From: Nitrospinaceae bacterium | GTDB lineage: Bacteria; Nitrospinota; Nitrospinia; Nitrospinales; VA-1 | DNA: 64,000 nt | Reading direction: 5' to 3' | Assembly: GCA_046754465.1 (NCBI GenBank) | Contig: JBHHVU010000010.1 | Coordinates: forward strand, 1-64,000 | In this document: one piece after another, positions 29,818 to 40,355 of the stretch | How positions within the stretch are numbered: position 1 is the first letter of the stretch | Layout: each line of letters opens with the position of its first letter | The notes under the pieces: generated by a model | Database searches by the model: none | The model's input: only the letters and a program-made list of their open reading frames with translations | Told to the model about the DNA's origin: nothing | Translations under genes and position numbers: made by a program

Positions 29818-31188
29818 TTAATTTCCGTTGTGTATTTTCGGAAGGTGAATGGTGAAGGTGCATCCCTGGTCGGGAGCGCTTTTTGCGCTAATCCTGCCTC
29901 CATGCCGATGAACGATTTTTTGACAGATGGCCAATCCCATGCCTGTGCCTTCGAATTCGCTTCGGCCATGCAGTCGTTCAAACGGTTTAAAAATCCGGTC
30001 GATGTACTTTTCCTCGAACCCGATTCCATTATCCTGGACGCGGATTTCGCAATCCCCCGATTTTTTAGTCTTTGCCAGGATTTTTACGACGGGGTTCTCA
30101 CCTTTTTTATGGAATTTCAGGGCATTGCCGACCAGATTTTGAAATAACTGCCGCATCTGGAATTCATCGGCATCAAGAATGGGCAGGGATTTCATTTCTA
30201 TCCTGGCGCCGGACCGGGTGATCCGGGTTTCCAGGTCGGAAAGCACCTCCCGAACCACTTTGTTCAAGTCGGTGGATTTAAAGGATTTTGCTTTCGAGCT
30301 CACCCTGGAAAACTGGAGCAATTCCTCGATCAGTTTTTGCATTCGTGCGGTTGCGCTTCCCATTCGCTCCAGGCAGAGGGTGGTTTTTTCGTCGGCTTCA
30401 ATGGATAAATTGTCTCTCAAACGGTCTCCGAACATGATCACTTTTCTTAAAGGTTCCTGCAAATCATGGGAAGCGATGGAGGCGAACGCCTGCAAATCCT
30501 CGTTGCTTCGTTTCAGTTCTTCTTCCACCATTTGGCGGTCGTGGATTTCCTTTTTGAGTTTGGCGGCCTGTTTTTCCAATTTTAAGGTGCGTTTTTTTAC
30601 CGTTTGTTCCAGGTTTGAGTTTTGTTGACTCACGAATTGGTAAAGGGAGCCGTTTTCGATGGCGTAGGCGGTATTGGAAAGAATGATGGAAATGATATGG
30701 AGTTTTTCTCCCGGAATTTTCTGGGTATGCCTTCCAAACCGTCCCACAAACATCCCCCGGACCCGCGACTTGGTCGCCAAAGCGTGAAGGATCAGTTTTT
30801 CGCCGGAAGAATCCATCGGACCAATCAAGGGACGATTTTGTTTCAAGGCCCAGGCAAAGTTTCCCTTTTCAATCTGGTTATTGACCTGTTTCCGAATCAG
30901 GTCACTTTCAGGTTCTGGATCACAAACGATTAATTCGAAATTCTGGGTCGATTCATCCACCAGGTAAAAAGCCAGGGTACTGAATCCGGCGAGCTGTTTT
31001 AGATATTTTTGCGCGACCCTGAAGATGAATTTCGGATCCTGGTAGCCTTCCACATCGACATGAAGGTCCCCTAGCGAGGCCAGCCGTTCCAGGGCGAAAA
31101 AATACCAGCTATTGGTTTTCTCAAGGTGCCGGATTCGCGCTTTAAGTTTGTCGATTTCTGTCAGGTCCCTATTTTTGCTCATGTACAT
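29818..31188 (-). CDS. Cytoplasmic sensor histidine kinase (GAF-like plus HisKA/HATPase)
   Basis: ASHDLQEPLRK, FQNLVGNALKF, DNGIG, GTGMGLAIC. Confidence 0.93.
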   Translation of the reverse strand: MYMSKNRDLTEIDKLKARIRHLEKTNSWYFFALERLASLGDLHVDVEGYQDPKFIFRVAQKYLKQLAGFSTLAFYLVDESTQNFELIVCDPEPESDLIRKQVNNQIEKGNFAWALKQNRPLIGPMDSSGEKLILHALATKSRVRGMFVGRFGRHTQKIPGEKLHIISIILSNTAYAIENGSLYQFVSQQNSNLEQTVKKRTLKLEKQAAKLKKEIHDRQMVEEELKRSNEDLQAFASIASHDLQEPLRKVIMFGDRLRDNLSIEADEKTTLCLERMGSATARMQKLIEELLQFSRVSSKAKSFKSTDLNKVVREVLSDLETRITRSGARIEMKSLPILDADEFQMRQLFQNLVGNALKFHKKGENPVVKILAKTKKSGDCEIRVQDNGIGFEEKYIDRIFKPFERLHGRSEFEGTGMGLAICQKIVHRHGGRISAKSAPDQGCTFTIHLPKIHNGN

Positions 31189-32045
31189 TATTTGGACTCA
31201 TCACCAATAAATATTTCTATTGTGGCATCAAAATGAGTCTGGACCTGGTCCCAGATGGAGGGCAATAAACTGACGGGCAACCCAACCTTTTCCCAGATTC
31301 CAGGCTCGAGCGGGGGAACCAAACGCTCTCCGCTGCAACCCAGCTCCATGGCCTTGGAAAGCCCATCCGCCAGATTCAAAATGGCGGTTTCGGTGGGATG
31401 ATTGCGGGCTTCTAAAGGTTTATGGTGAAATTCAATCATTTCTTCCAGATATTCGGGAAGGTTCCATGCCCGAGTCAATGCGGCCCCAACGGCTCCGTGG
31501 TCGAATCCCATGACCCGCTCCTCCACATGGTTCAGTAATTCATCATTGTCTTGGCGGAGGTCTATGATTTCCTTCGCTTGGTCCGGGTGATTTTCAATAA
31601 TTATTAACCGGCCCACATCATGCAGGATGCCAGCCAGGTAAAATCGCTCGGCCTGGTTTTGACGGCTGTGAATGGCCAGCACCCATCCCGTGATCCCGCA
31701 GCCTACACTGTGGCACCAGAAGGATTTCATGCTGACGAAATCCTCCGGGATCCCCCGGAAAAAGGTCATGACCATCGTAGCCAGGGCCAGGTCACGAAGT
31801 TGGTGCGTGCCAACGATGGAGATGGCATGGGAAATGCTATCGATTTTGGAGGGAAAATTATAAAAAGAGCTGTTTACCATTTTTAACAGCCGCGCCGAAA
31901 GGGACGTGTCGTTATTGATGATATCCGCGACATCGCCAAAAGAACATTCAGGATCATTCACCGCGTCGTTTATCTTAAAAAAGATCTCCGGTATGGAGGA
32001 CAGCCTGACAGACCCCTTGACCATTTCCTGCGGGCTAATGAGCAT
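31188..32045 (-). CDS. HDOD domain protein
   Basis: LSSIP, LSARLLKMVNSSFY, FWCHS, GILHDVG, DH..VGA.L...WNLP. Confidence 0.93.
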   Translation of the reverse strand: MLISPQEMVKGSVRLSSIPEIFFKINDAVNDPECSFGDVADIINNDTSLSARLLKMVNSSFYNFPSKIDSISHAISIVGTHQLRDLALATMVMTFFRGIPEDFVSMKSFWCHSVGCGITGWVLAIHSRQNQAERFYLAGILHDVGRLIIIENHPDQAKEIIDLRQDNDELLNHVEERVMGFDHGAVGAALTRAWNLPEYLEEMIEFHHKPLEARNHPTETAILNLADGLSKAMELGCSGERLVPPLEPGIWEKVGLPVSLLPSIWDQVQTHFDATIEIFIGDESK

Positions 32046-32391
32046 GGGTATTTCCCTTTCCCGGTTTTCGCTGCAATTTGTTCAAGCTGCACAACCGCAA
32101 CAATTCGGTGACCGCGGGGTGATCCAGGTTAGAATGTCGAAACAAATCCCTCGCTTCCTGCTCCGCTTTTTTCAATTGTTCGGGGTCAATAGAGTCGGAC
32201 TCGATAACGGTGGTTGGTTTCTCGTCACCGAGTTCTATATCCGCTTCCGTCACTCCCCAAGCCTTAAAACTCATAATATGTTTTTCCTCGAGGACGGTTC
32301 CCCGGGGGAGCAGTTTCTTGCCAAAGGGATTTTTCAAGTCTTCCGCGAGGACCATTCCCGGCTTTAAGCTGTTGATCAGGATTCTGGTCAT
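32035..32391 (-). CDS. Small protein preceding HDOD gene
   Basis: LKPGMVLAEDL....G..LL.RGT.L...HI.....WGV motif; overlaps the HDOD start. Confidence 0.8.
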   Translation of the reverse strand: MTRILINSLKPGMVLAEDLKNPFGKKLLPRGTVLEEKHIMSFKAWGVTEADIELGDEKPTTVIESDSIDPEQLKKAEQEARDLFRHSNLDHPAVTELLRLCSLNKLQRKPGKGNTHAH

Positions 32392-32834
32392 TTTGTTTCC
32401 TCTTGAATCAGGGGTCTCCCACAGCACCCGGTTTCACTCCAGGAGATTTTATGGACGCCACCTTTAATTTCCCCTGGAATTACGATCAAGAATCAATTTT
32501 TCAATAATTTTCATGCTCTTTCCTTGCGGAATCGGGCGAATCTTCCTTGAATCGTCTTTCTGTTCTATTATGGGGCAAAAGAGGTTTAAAATCAAGAGGA
32601 TAAAACGGGTTGGGCGATTGAAGGCGGGTGCGCGGGAATGGGTCCGATTGGGTCAATTGAATGGGAATTATCCCTTCTTGCGGGTAAGGGGGGCACTAAA
32701 TTTTTTTCTTATTTTTGGGGGTTCGGGGTCTCAGGGAGCAAAAAGGCGGGAGAGTTCCAAAACAGGGTCCAGACCGGAGCCGGAAGACGGGATGCATTTT
32801 ATTATTGATGCAAGCCTGGAGGGAAGGGGTAGAG

Positions 32835-33614
32835 TCAGGAAGAAGTTAATTCTTTAATCAATTTATCCCAATCCGTTCTTTCTATTTCCTTTTGGGTGAT
32901 GGGCCCCAGTTTCTTGAATTTATCGCTCCGTTCCTCGGGGTCCAAGGGCGTCTGATCCGTCCGCAACTCCAAAACTTCATCCAGGCTGGAGTCATTTTCA
33001 TCCGGGTATGGGAGGGCTTCCATACTTTCTTCCATCTCGTTTTCCAGGGGGTGCTTTTCCTGGCTTTGACGTAATACCTTGAAAATCTGTTCAAAATTTT
33101 TGGTGATGGAGGTTTCCAGTTCGCCAAACTCTCTTTTCACCGAAGAAAGATATTCCCGGCAGAGGTCATAATGGTTGAACCGGTATGGACTAATTTTATT
33201 GGCCTGGAGGTAATCCTCCGAAGCGAGGCGGTAACGCCCCTCCCTGATGTAAAGCCTCCCCCGGTAAACCCTTGCCAGAAAATGATTGGACTTTAAACTC
33301 AATACCATATTCAAATTGAGTAAAGCGATCGCGGTTTTGTTTTCCTTTAGACTGGTTACGGCCTGCGTGAAATGCTTTTTAACATCGGGATTCTGGTTTT
33401 CCATGATCCGGAAAAAAGGTTCCAGCATAGGGAAAAAAATTTCCCCGACTTGGAACTGAATCCCTTGGATCATTTGGTTTAATTTCTTTAGTGTCGATCC
33501 GGGCATGGCATTCCCCGGAGTCCGCGCACGAACTCGAATTAAAGAAGGGATTGATAAAGGATAATTTCTCTCAGGGTTCAGCCCGATTTTATCCAAATTA
33601 GAAATGTCCGTCAA
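32835..33614 (-). CDS. TPR-containing hypothetical protein
   Basis: HFLARVYRGRLY...GRY.LA.EDY.QA TPR-like helices. Confidence 0.7.
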   Translation of the reverse strand: MTDISNLDKIGLNPERNYPLSIPSLIRVRARTPGNAMPGSTLKKLNQMIQGIQFQVGEIFFPMLEPFFRIMENQNPDVKKHFTQAVTSLKENKTAIALLNLNMVLSLKSNHFLARVYRGRLYIREGRYRLASEDYLQANKISPYRFNHYDLCREYLSSVKREFGELETSITKNFEQIFKVLRQSQEKHPLENEMEESMEALPYPDENDSSLDEVLELRTDQTPLDPEERSDKFKKLGPITQKEIERTDWDKLIKELTSS

Positions 33615-33883
33615 ACATTATCGTTCCCATTTTGTAAGGAATATCGAATTTCAGAAAGATTCTAAAAAAAATAAATTCCCAGGCTTCTCGGAACAAGTTG
33701 TCATCCCATGAACAGAGGAGGAAAGGGTACGGCCCGGATTTTTCCTTTTTTGAGAAAACGGGCCGGGAATTTTCCCGAACCCTGTTGAAAATTGGATGCT
33801 TCAAAACCCTTGCGTCGGCGGCGTTTTTCCGCTAATTGTTTATTTTACTTGACGTTATTCCATTTCTATATTATGTTCAAAGT

Positions 33884-34948
33884 ATGGAATGCTCAAGGTG
33901 TGGTTACATTGGATTTAAATTGGTCCGCAAATGCGGGAATTGCGGTTTGGATCTCCAGAAGCAAAAATCCGGCCAGGGTTCCTTTCTCAAACCCCAATAT
34001 GATTTCACCATCTTTGTCCCTGAATCCGCACAGGCGAGGGTTTCCGCTGTTGAGGGGAGGGGCCAAACCCATGAGGAAACCACCGCGGCCGTTGCGGAAT
34101 TGGGACTTTATGAGGCCGGCGGCTTTTCGGAAACGGAAAGTTCCCATTCCCATATCACCGACTCGGGTGAATTTGTTCTGGACCTTTCCGAGATCATAGA
34201 CCGGGTTCCGGAAAACGCGGATATGGAATCCCACACCGGCAATGAGGATAGAGCCGCCCTGGAGAATTCCCCCGACGAAAATTATCCGGACGGTCCTTCC
34301 TTTGATATCGAGCCCAAGCATGATGTGAATGAACTGGAAGTGAAAGGACTGGGTTTTGATTTGATGGAGGATCCGGAAATCTCGGAACCCCTGGATTCGG
34401 ATTTTACCGAGGAATCGCCCGGACCGGAATTGGAACCGGAACCCGAAAGCCCCGAACAGGCAACCGCAGAGGGGGAGGACAACATTCAGTTTGAACTGGA
34501 CGCGATTGAAAAAAGCCTCGCCGACAGGGAAACGGAAAACGAACCGGCATCCGGACTGGAAGAGGATTTTCAGGATATGGCCTTGGATTTGGAAGATTCT
34601 CCGAACAAACAAATTCTGGAATTGGAATCCAGTTTCTCCCATCTGAAAAAAGATAAAAAAGAACCGCGGCAGGATGGGGAACCGGAGTCCGATGCCCCTT
34701 TGGGAATATCCACCGAGGCCGCCGCGGAGACGGATTCCCGGAACCCTGGTACGGAAAACCAGGGAACAATTGAAAATACTGAGGGAATAAATTCCAACCT
34801 GGAAATGGAGGAACCCCAAAAGGAAAACCCTCCCTCCGATGAAATGGGGCTTTCCTTAGAGGGTCTGGAACTGGAATCCGATTCCTCCAGCGAGAACCCC
34901 GGTTCAGAGGACCCCCCCTCGCTGGATACCCCGGAAACCCGGCCTTGA
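33884..34948 (+). CDS. N-terminal double zinc-ribbon, highly acidic low-complexity protein
   Basis: MECSRCGY......KCGNCG followed by about 320 aa of D/E/P/S-rich sequence. Confidence 0.8.
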   Translation: MECSRCGYIGFKLVRKCGNCGLDLQKQKSGQGSFLKPQYDFTIFVPESAQARVSAVEGRGQTHEETTAAVAELGLYEAGGFSETESSHSHITDSGEFVLDLSEIIDRVPENADMESHTGNEDRAALENSPDENYPDGPSFDIEPKHDVNELEVKGLGFDLMEDPEISEPLDSDFTEESPGPELEPEPESPEQATAEGEDNIQFELDAIEKSLADRETENEPASGLEEDFQDMALDLEDSPNKQILELESSFSHLKKDKKEPRQDGEPESDAPLGISTEAAAETDSRNPGTENQGTIENTEGINSNLEMEEPQKENPPSDEMGLSLEGLELESDSSSENPGSEDPPSLDTPETRP

Positions 34949-35354
34949 TGCTTGCCCTGTTGACTTAGCAGGATTCCCCCGCCAACAAGAAAAATACTGG
35001 TTTGCCCCCCCCATGGAAAGAATTTCCTGACCCGGCCACTTTATAGACACCCTCCCGGTTGATCCAATAACATTTTGAAAGGTAATGCATTATTTTGGTC
35101 TCGGGCTTGACGGCCCGGTTTTAGGTTTTTCAAGACGCTTACTGGCCGCGCCTCCATTTTCACCTGCCATAAAAAGATTGGATTTTATCGCAAAATTACA
35201 TTATAAAACTATATCCTTGTGAGAGGTTCCATGCCCTTTGCCGGGTGTTCCATAGGTTCTTGAGCCTGGGAACCGGATTTTCACCGGAGGTGAGGTGTCC
35301 CATCCGGCCGAGCGCAGTTTTGCCCTTCGCATTTCATTCCGAAACTGACAGTTT

Positions 35355-35828
35355 ATGGAATACCCCAAGGCCGGATTTTTACGGCGGTTTGCCGCTCTGT
35401 TGATTGATGTTATTATATTAGACATTTTGGGCGCTCTGGTTACAATCCCCTTGCAAAGGAAATTCGATCTTGAGGTGGAAGATATCCTGGAACCGTTTTT
35501 AACGGGGACCCATATTGAATCTCCGGTAATGGTTTTCCTCGTTTTACAGACGGTCATCATCACGGGATTGTGGACCTTTTATTTTACTTTTTTTATCGGC
35601 GCGGCCGGGCAGACTTTGGGAAAGAGGCTTTTGGGTCTCCGGGTGGTCCGCGACGATGGTCAGCCCATGAATTACCAGACGGGATTCAACCGTTTCATCG
35701 GCTATTCCCTGTCCGCGAGTGTTTTCTTTTTGGGATTTTTATGGGCTCTGTTTGACAGAGAGAAAAAAGCCTGGCACGACCGGTTGTTTCGTACATCGGT
35801 GGTGAGGGTATCATTCAAAAAAAATTAA
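35355..35828 (+). CDS. RDD family membrane protein
   Basis: AGFLRRFAALLID, GQTLGK.LLGLRVV, WHDRLF.T.VV. Confidence 0.93.
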   Translation: MEYPKAGFLRRFAALLIDVIILDILGALVTIPLQRKFDLEVEDILEPFLTGTHIESPVMVFLVLQTVIITGLWTFYFTFFIGAAGQTLGKRLLGLRVVRDDGQPMNYQTGFNRFIGYSLSASVFFLGFLWALFDREKKAWHDRLFRTSVVRVSFKKN

Positions 35829-35844
35829 CCGACAGGAAACGAGG

Positions 35845-36993
35845 ATGAAGAAAAAATATCTGCTTGCCCCGGGGCCGACCCCGGTTCCGGAACACGTGGC
35901 CCTGGAAATGGCCCAGCCCATGGTTCACCATCGGACCCCGGAGTTCAGTGCCATCTTCGCGGAAGCGGCGGAGGATGCCAAATACCTTTTTCAAACCCGG
36001 GAGGAGGCGCTGATCCTGGCATCGACGGGTACGGGCGGCATGGAGGGTTGCGTGACCAATCTGTTTTCCCCCGGGGACAAAGTTCTGGTCATCAACGGCG
36101 GAAAATTTGGCGAACGCTGGGGAAAAATATCCGAAGCGTATGGGATGAACGTGATCTGGCATAACGTGGAATGGGGAAAAGCCGCCGACCCCGATGCTAT
36201 CGAATCGCTCCTGGCCAAGGAAAAGGATATCCGTGGAATCCTCGTCCAGGCATCCGAAACCTCAACGACCGCGGCCCATCCCATCGAAGCCTTGTCCCGC
36301 CTGACCCGCGGCCGGGACGATATTCTCCTGGTGGTGGACGCCATCACGGGCCTGGGAGTGTTCAACTTGCCCATGGATGAGTGGGGGATCGACGCCATGA
36401 TCACGGGTTCACAAAAAGCCCTGGAACTGCCCCCGGGACTGGCCCTGGTTGCATTGAGCGAGAAGGCCTGGAAATTCGCCGATCGATCGGCCTGCCCCCG
36501 GTTTTATTTTGATTTTAAAAAAGAAAGAAAAAATCTGGAGAACAAGACTTCCGCTTATACTCCGGCGGTTTCCCTGGTCATTGGCTTGCGCGCGGTTCTG
36601 AAAGGCATCCGTGAAGAAGGGCTGGAGAATGTGTTCCGCCGCCACGACCGCCTCGCCCGGGCCACCCGCGCGGCGGTGCAGGCCATGGGACTCCGGATGA
36701 TCGCGCCCGATTCCCCCGCCAACAGCGCCACCGGGGTCTTTGTTCCGGAGGGGGTCGACGGCGCCAAATTGGTTAAAAGTATCCGTGACGATTTCGGGGT
36801 GACCCTGGCGGGAGGGCAGGACCAGTGGAAGGGGAAAATCGTCCGCATCGCCCACCTCGGATATGTAGACACCTTTGACGTCGTGATTGCTATTTCGGCC
36901 CTCGAAATGGCTTTGAAAAAGTTTGGGGCCGAGGTGAAGTTTGGTCAGGGTGGCGCCGCCGCCCAAAAGATTTTAATGGAAGCGTATCAATGA
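35845..36993 (+). CDS. Class V aminotransferase (serine-pyruvate/phosphoserine type)
   Basis: LAPGPTPVP, STGTGGME, SETST, VDAIT, TGSQKAL.LPPG; adjacent to serA. Confidence 0.93.
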   Translation: MKKKYLLAPGPTPVPEHVALEMAQPMVHHRTPEFSAIFAEAAEDAKYLFQTREEALILASTGTGGMEGCVTNLFSPGDKVLVINGGKFGERWGKISEAYGMNVIWHNVEWGKAADPDAIESLLAKEKDIRGILVQASETSTTAAHPIEALSRLTRGRDDILLVVDAITGLGVFNLPMDEWGIDAMITGSQKALELPPGLALVALSEKAWKFADRSACPRFYFDFKKERKNLENKTSAYTPAVSLVIGLRAVLKGIREEGLENVFRRHDRLARATRAAVQAMGLRMIAPDSPANSATGVFVPEGVDGAKLVKSIRDDFGVTLAGGQDQWKGKIVRIAHLGYVDTFDVVIAISALEMALKKFGAEVKFGQGGAAAQKILMEAYQ

Positions 36994-37121
36994 CAGGAAT
37001 CCTGAAACCCGTGAATTCTACAGGGTCTTTTCCTGGGTGACCGGTTGCCCTTGAAAAGATCCGCCATAGGTTCGCACCGTTTCCGGGCCTGTCGCAGGTC
37101 AATTGACAACTGGAGTTTCTG

Positions 37122-38699
37122 ATGAAAATTCTTGTTTCCGACAACCTTTCTCCCGCGGGCATTGAAATTCTGCAAAACGAGGACGGAATTAATGTGGATG
37201 TTAAAATCGGCATGCCGCGGGAGGAATTGATCCGAACCATTCCCGAATACGATGGGCTCCTCGTGAGAAGCGCCACCAAAGTCACGCGGGAGGTGATCGA
37301 GGCGGCCCGCATCCTCAAAGTGGTTGGCCGTGCCGGGATCGGCGTTGACAATATCGATCTGGATGCGGCGGGGAAAAAAGGGATCATCGTGATGAATGCG
37401 CCGGAGGGCAACGTGATTACCACCGCGGAACACACGATGGCCCTCATGCTGTCCATGGCGAGGAATATTCCCCAAGCCAATATTTCGCTGAAGAATAAGG
37501 AATGGTCCCCGAAAAGTTTTATGGGGGTCGAACTGTACCAGAAAACCCTGGGCATTATCGGTCTCGGGCGAATCGGGTCCGTGGTCGCCGAGCGGGCCAA
37601 GGGTTTTCAAATGAAGGTCCTGGCCTTTGATCCCTACATCCAGAAGGAACGGGCGGACAAACTGGGCGTGGAGGTGATGGAACTGAAAGAGCTCCTGCAA
37701 CGGTCGGATTACCTGACCCTGCACACGCCCGGAATTTCCGGCAAACCGCTTCTCAGCGAGCCGGAATTTTCGCTGATGAAACCGGGGGTCCGCATCGTCA
37801 ACTGCGCGCGCGGCACCTTGATTGATGAAAAGGCACTCATCGATGCCATTCGTTCCAAAAAGGTGGCCCAGGCGGCCCTGGATGTCTATTCCAAGGAACC
37901 CCTGTCACCCACCAGTCCCCTGTTGGGAATGAAGGAAATCATCTGTACCCCGCACCTGGGGGCCTCCACCGAAGAAGCCCAGGAAAAGGTGGCCGTCGCA
38001 ATTTGCGACCAAATGATCGACTACCTGAAATACGGGAACGTGCGTAACGCCATCAACATGCCCGCCATCGACGCGGAAACGCTCAACAAGATCAAACCTT
38101 ATCTCGTTCTGGGAGAAGATCTCGGCCTTTTCGTTTCGCAACTGATAGACGGTCCCATCCAAAAGGTGGAAATCCAGTACAATGGAGAAATCGCGCGGGA
38201 AAATGTGGAGCCCATCACCATTTCTCTCTTGAAAGGTTTGTTCACCCGGTCCATCGACGGCATCAATATGGTCAATGCCCCTTATATTGCCAAAGAACGG
38301 GGAGTGCAGGTTCAGGAATCCAAGAGTAACGAAATCCGGGAATACCGAAACACCATTCAGGTGCGGGTTTCCACCCAGCAAGGAACACGGTTCATTATCG
38401 GAAGCATCTTTGGCAAAGGGGATCCGAGAATTGTTCAAATCGATGAGTATTGTTTCGAGGCGGTCCTGTCCAAGCACATGTTGGTGCTGAACAATATGGA
38501 TTTCCCCGGGGTCATCGGCAACCTGGGAAATATCCTGGGCAAGAACAACATCAACGTCGCCGGATTTCACCTGGGCCGGCTCAAGGAGGGAGGGAAAGCC
38601 GTGGCGGTGATCAATATCGACTCGCCCCCCACGAGCGAAACCTTGCGGGAGGTGAGGGAAACCCCCAATATTCTTTCCGTAAAAAGTGTGACTCTTTAG
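37122..38699 (+). CDS. serA: D-3-phosphoglycerate dehydrogenase
   Basis: VRSATKV, GRAGIGVDNID, GLGRIG, PHLGAST.EAQ, C-terminal ACT domain. Confidence 0.96.
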   Translation: MKILVSDNLSPAGIEILQNEDGINVDVKIGMPREELIRTIPEYDGLLVRSATKVTREVIEAARILKVVGRAGIGVDNIDLDAAGKKGIIVMNAPEGNVITTAEHTMALMLSMARNIPQANISLKNKEWSPKSFMGVELYQKTLGIIGLGRIGSVVAERAKGFQMKVLAFDPYIQKERADKLGVEVMELKELLQRSDYLTLHTPGISGKPLLSEPEFSLMKPGVRIVNCARGTLIDEKALIDAIRSKKVAQAALDVYSKEPLSPTSPLLGMKEIICTPHLGASTEEAQEKVAVAICDQMIDYLKYGNVRNAINMPAIDAETLNKIKPYLVLGEDLGLFVSQLIDGPIQKVEIQYNGEIARENVEPITISLLKGLFTRSIDGINMVNAPYIAKERGVQVQESKSNEIREYRNTIQVRVSTQQGTRFIIGSIFGKGDPRIVQIDEYCFEAVLSKHMLVLNNMDFPGVIGNLGNILGKNNINVAGFHLGRLKEGGKAVAVINIDSPPTSETLREVRETPNILSVKSVTL

Positions 38700-38710
38700 T
38701 GTGACTCTTT
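38685..38710 (+). repeat. 13-bp tandem direct repeat across the serA stop codon
   Basis: AGTGTGACTCTTT twice. Confidence 0.9.
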
Positions 38711-38788
38711 AACGAAGGGCTGAGGCCATAAAAGAAATGGGGCCGATCAGGCCCCCTGGAATCTTTTGACCGAAGGGGAAGGCCGGAA

Positions 38789-39409
38789 TCAATCCCCTTT
38801 CTGGGTGGAGGAGGCCTCGTTCGATGAGGAATCGGCTTGCGCCGGTTCGGAAACGTCCTTTTTTCCCTCCGCCGGAGTTTTCTTTTGCTGGCCGAAGACC
38901 TGGGCGATTATTTCGTTAATGATATCGGGTCCCAGCAGGTTGTAAACGGCGTTTGCCGATTTGAAGTGCGGGCTGGTGAAAAGACTGAGAACTTTCTTGC
39001 TGGTGTATCCCAGCATCATGAACTCGTGGGCATAATTTTCCGCGACCAGCCGCAGGGTGCTGTCATCGGCATCCTCATCCCCCGTGGGCGGTCCGGCGTC
39101 GGAATGGCTGTCGGTCTGGATTTCGTACACGTAGATCAAATGCCAGCCGAATTCGGTTTTGACGGGTCCCACCACTTCCCCCTCCTGGGCGGTGAAAGCG
39201 GCCACTTCGAAGGGCCGGACCATGGAGCCTTTCCCGAACCATCCCAAATCTCCCCCGCGTTTTTTGGAAGGGCATTCGCTAAACTCTTCCGCGAGCTTTG
39301 AGAAATCCTCCCCTTCATCGATCTTCTTTTTCAATTCATCGGCCAGTTCCTTGGTGCCGACCAGGATATGCCTTGCTTGAACCTTTTTTACTTTTTTATC
39401 TGTTGTCAT
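38789..39409 (-). CDS. Parvulin-type PPIase fused to an extra C-terminal helical domain
   Basis: ARHILV, FSECPSKKRGGDLGWF, MVRPFE, VKTEFGWHLI; C-terminal HEFMMLGY....L.LF..P.F domain. Confidence 0.9.
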   Translation of the reverse strand: MTTDKKVKKVQARHILVGTKELADELKKKIDEGEDFSKLAEEFSECPSKKRGGDLGWFGKGSMVRPFEVAAFTAQEGEVVGPVKTEFGWHLIYVYEIQTDSHSDAGPPTGDEDADDSTLRLVAENYAHEFMMLGYTSKKVLSLFTSPHFKSANAVYNLLGPDIINEIIAQVFGQQKKTPAEGKKDVSEPAQADSSSNEASSTQKGD

Positions 39410-39566
39410 TCCTTTTACCCGCTTTCTAAAATGAAGATCATTGCGCGTTACCGGGGAACCCGGGAGGCACTCCAGGAGGCGGCCGCGAATGGATTGGATT
39501 GAGTTTGCCGTGGAAATCTCCCGAAAGGCCCGGAACCGGGCGGGCGGAGCGTCTGATTTTTGTATT

Positions 39567-40355
39567 TCAGTTCAATTTCAACGCACAGCATTTTTTGTAT
39601 TTTTTCCCCGAACCGCAGGGACACACATCGTTGGGTTTAATTTTCCCATGAGCGATTTTTGTTTCGGCGGGCACCTTTAAAAGTTCCTGCCCGATTTTCT
39701 TGGCCTGTTTGTATCGTACCTTGAGCCGGTTGTACAGATCGGGAATGCAATGGTTGATCGCTATCACCATATCATTTTTTTCGGGGTCGAGCTTGGCATC
39801 TTCCTCGGCCCTTAGTTTCTCATTGAAGAAATACGTATACGAGAAAATGGGAGGCTGTTTGTTGCTGTCCAGTTCAAATTTATAAAACACCAAATGGAGA
39901 TCCCGGTTGTCGTTCCGCGGGTCGAGATCATAGGAATCTTCGGCGAAATATTTTTGATCGTTACAGGTGAAGTCGAGCGTTTCCTGGTTGCGGGGGAACA
40001 TCTCGATATAATTGACATACTTCCCGGGCTCGAACATGAGATAGGACATGGGGTTTTTCTCCCCATAGGCCTTGGCTTCAAAATAACGTTGCTTGAAAAG
40101 CAGGAGCAATTCGTCCGGAATGTTTTTTGCGAAATTCTTGATGATTTCAGACTGAACATTGGACCATTTTGGCGCATTGGGGAGAGGATTATGAGTTTTG
40201 TTGAAATTCAGCAGAAAAACAAAACGGTTGTTATCGTTATCCTTGTCGCAGAACGATACCGTCACGTGTTTGCAATCGCAGAACGGGTTCGTGCAGTAAT
40301 AATCTTCAAGGATATAGGTGTTCCTGTAATCCTCTTCCTCAAAACGATACGTCAT
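39567..40355 (-). CDS. SEC-C motif protein with duplicated N-terminal domain
   Basis: YCTNPFCDC; C-terminal PNDVCPCGSGKKYKKCC. Confidence 0.88.
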   Translation of the reverse strand: MTYRFEEEDYRNTYILEDYYCTNPFCDCKHVTVSFCDKDNDNNRFVFLLNFNKTHNPLPNAPKWSNVQSEIIKNFAKNIPDELLLLFKQRYFEAKAYGEKNPMSYLMFEPGKYVNYIEMFPRNQETLDFTCNDQKYFAEDSYDLDPRNDNRDLHLVFYKFELDSNKQPPIFSYTYFFNEKLRAEEDAKLDPEKNDMVIAINHCIPDLYNRLKVRYKQAKKIGQELLKVPAETKIAHGKIKPNDVCPCGSGKKYKKCCALKLN

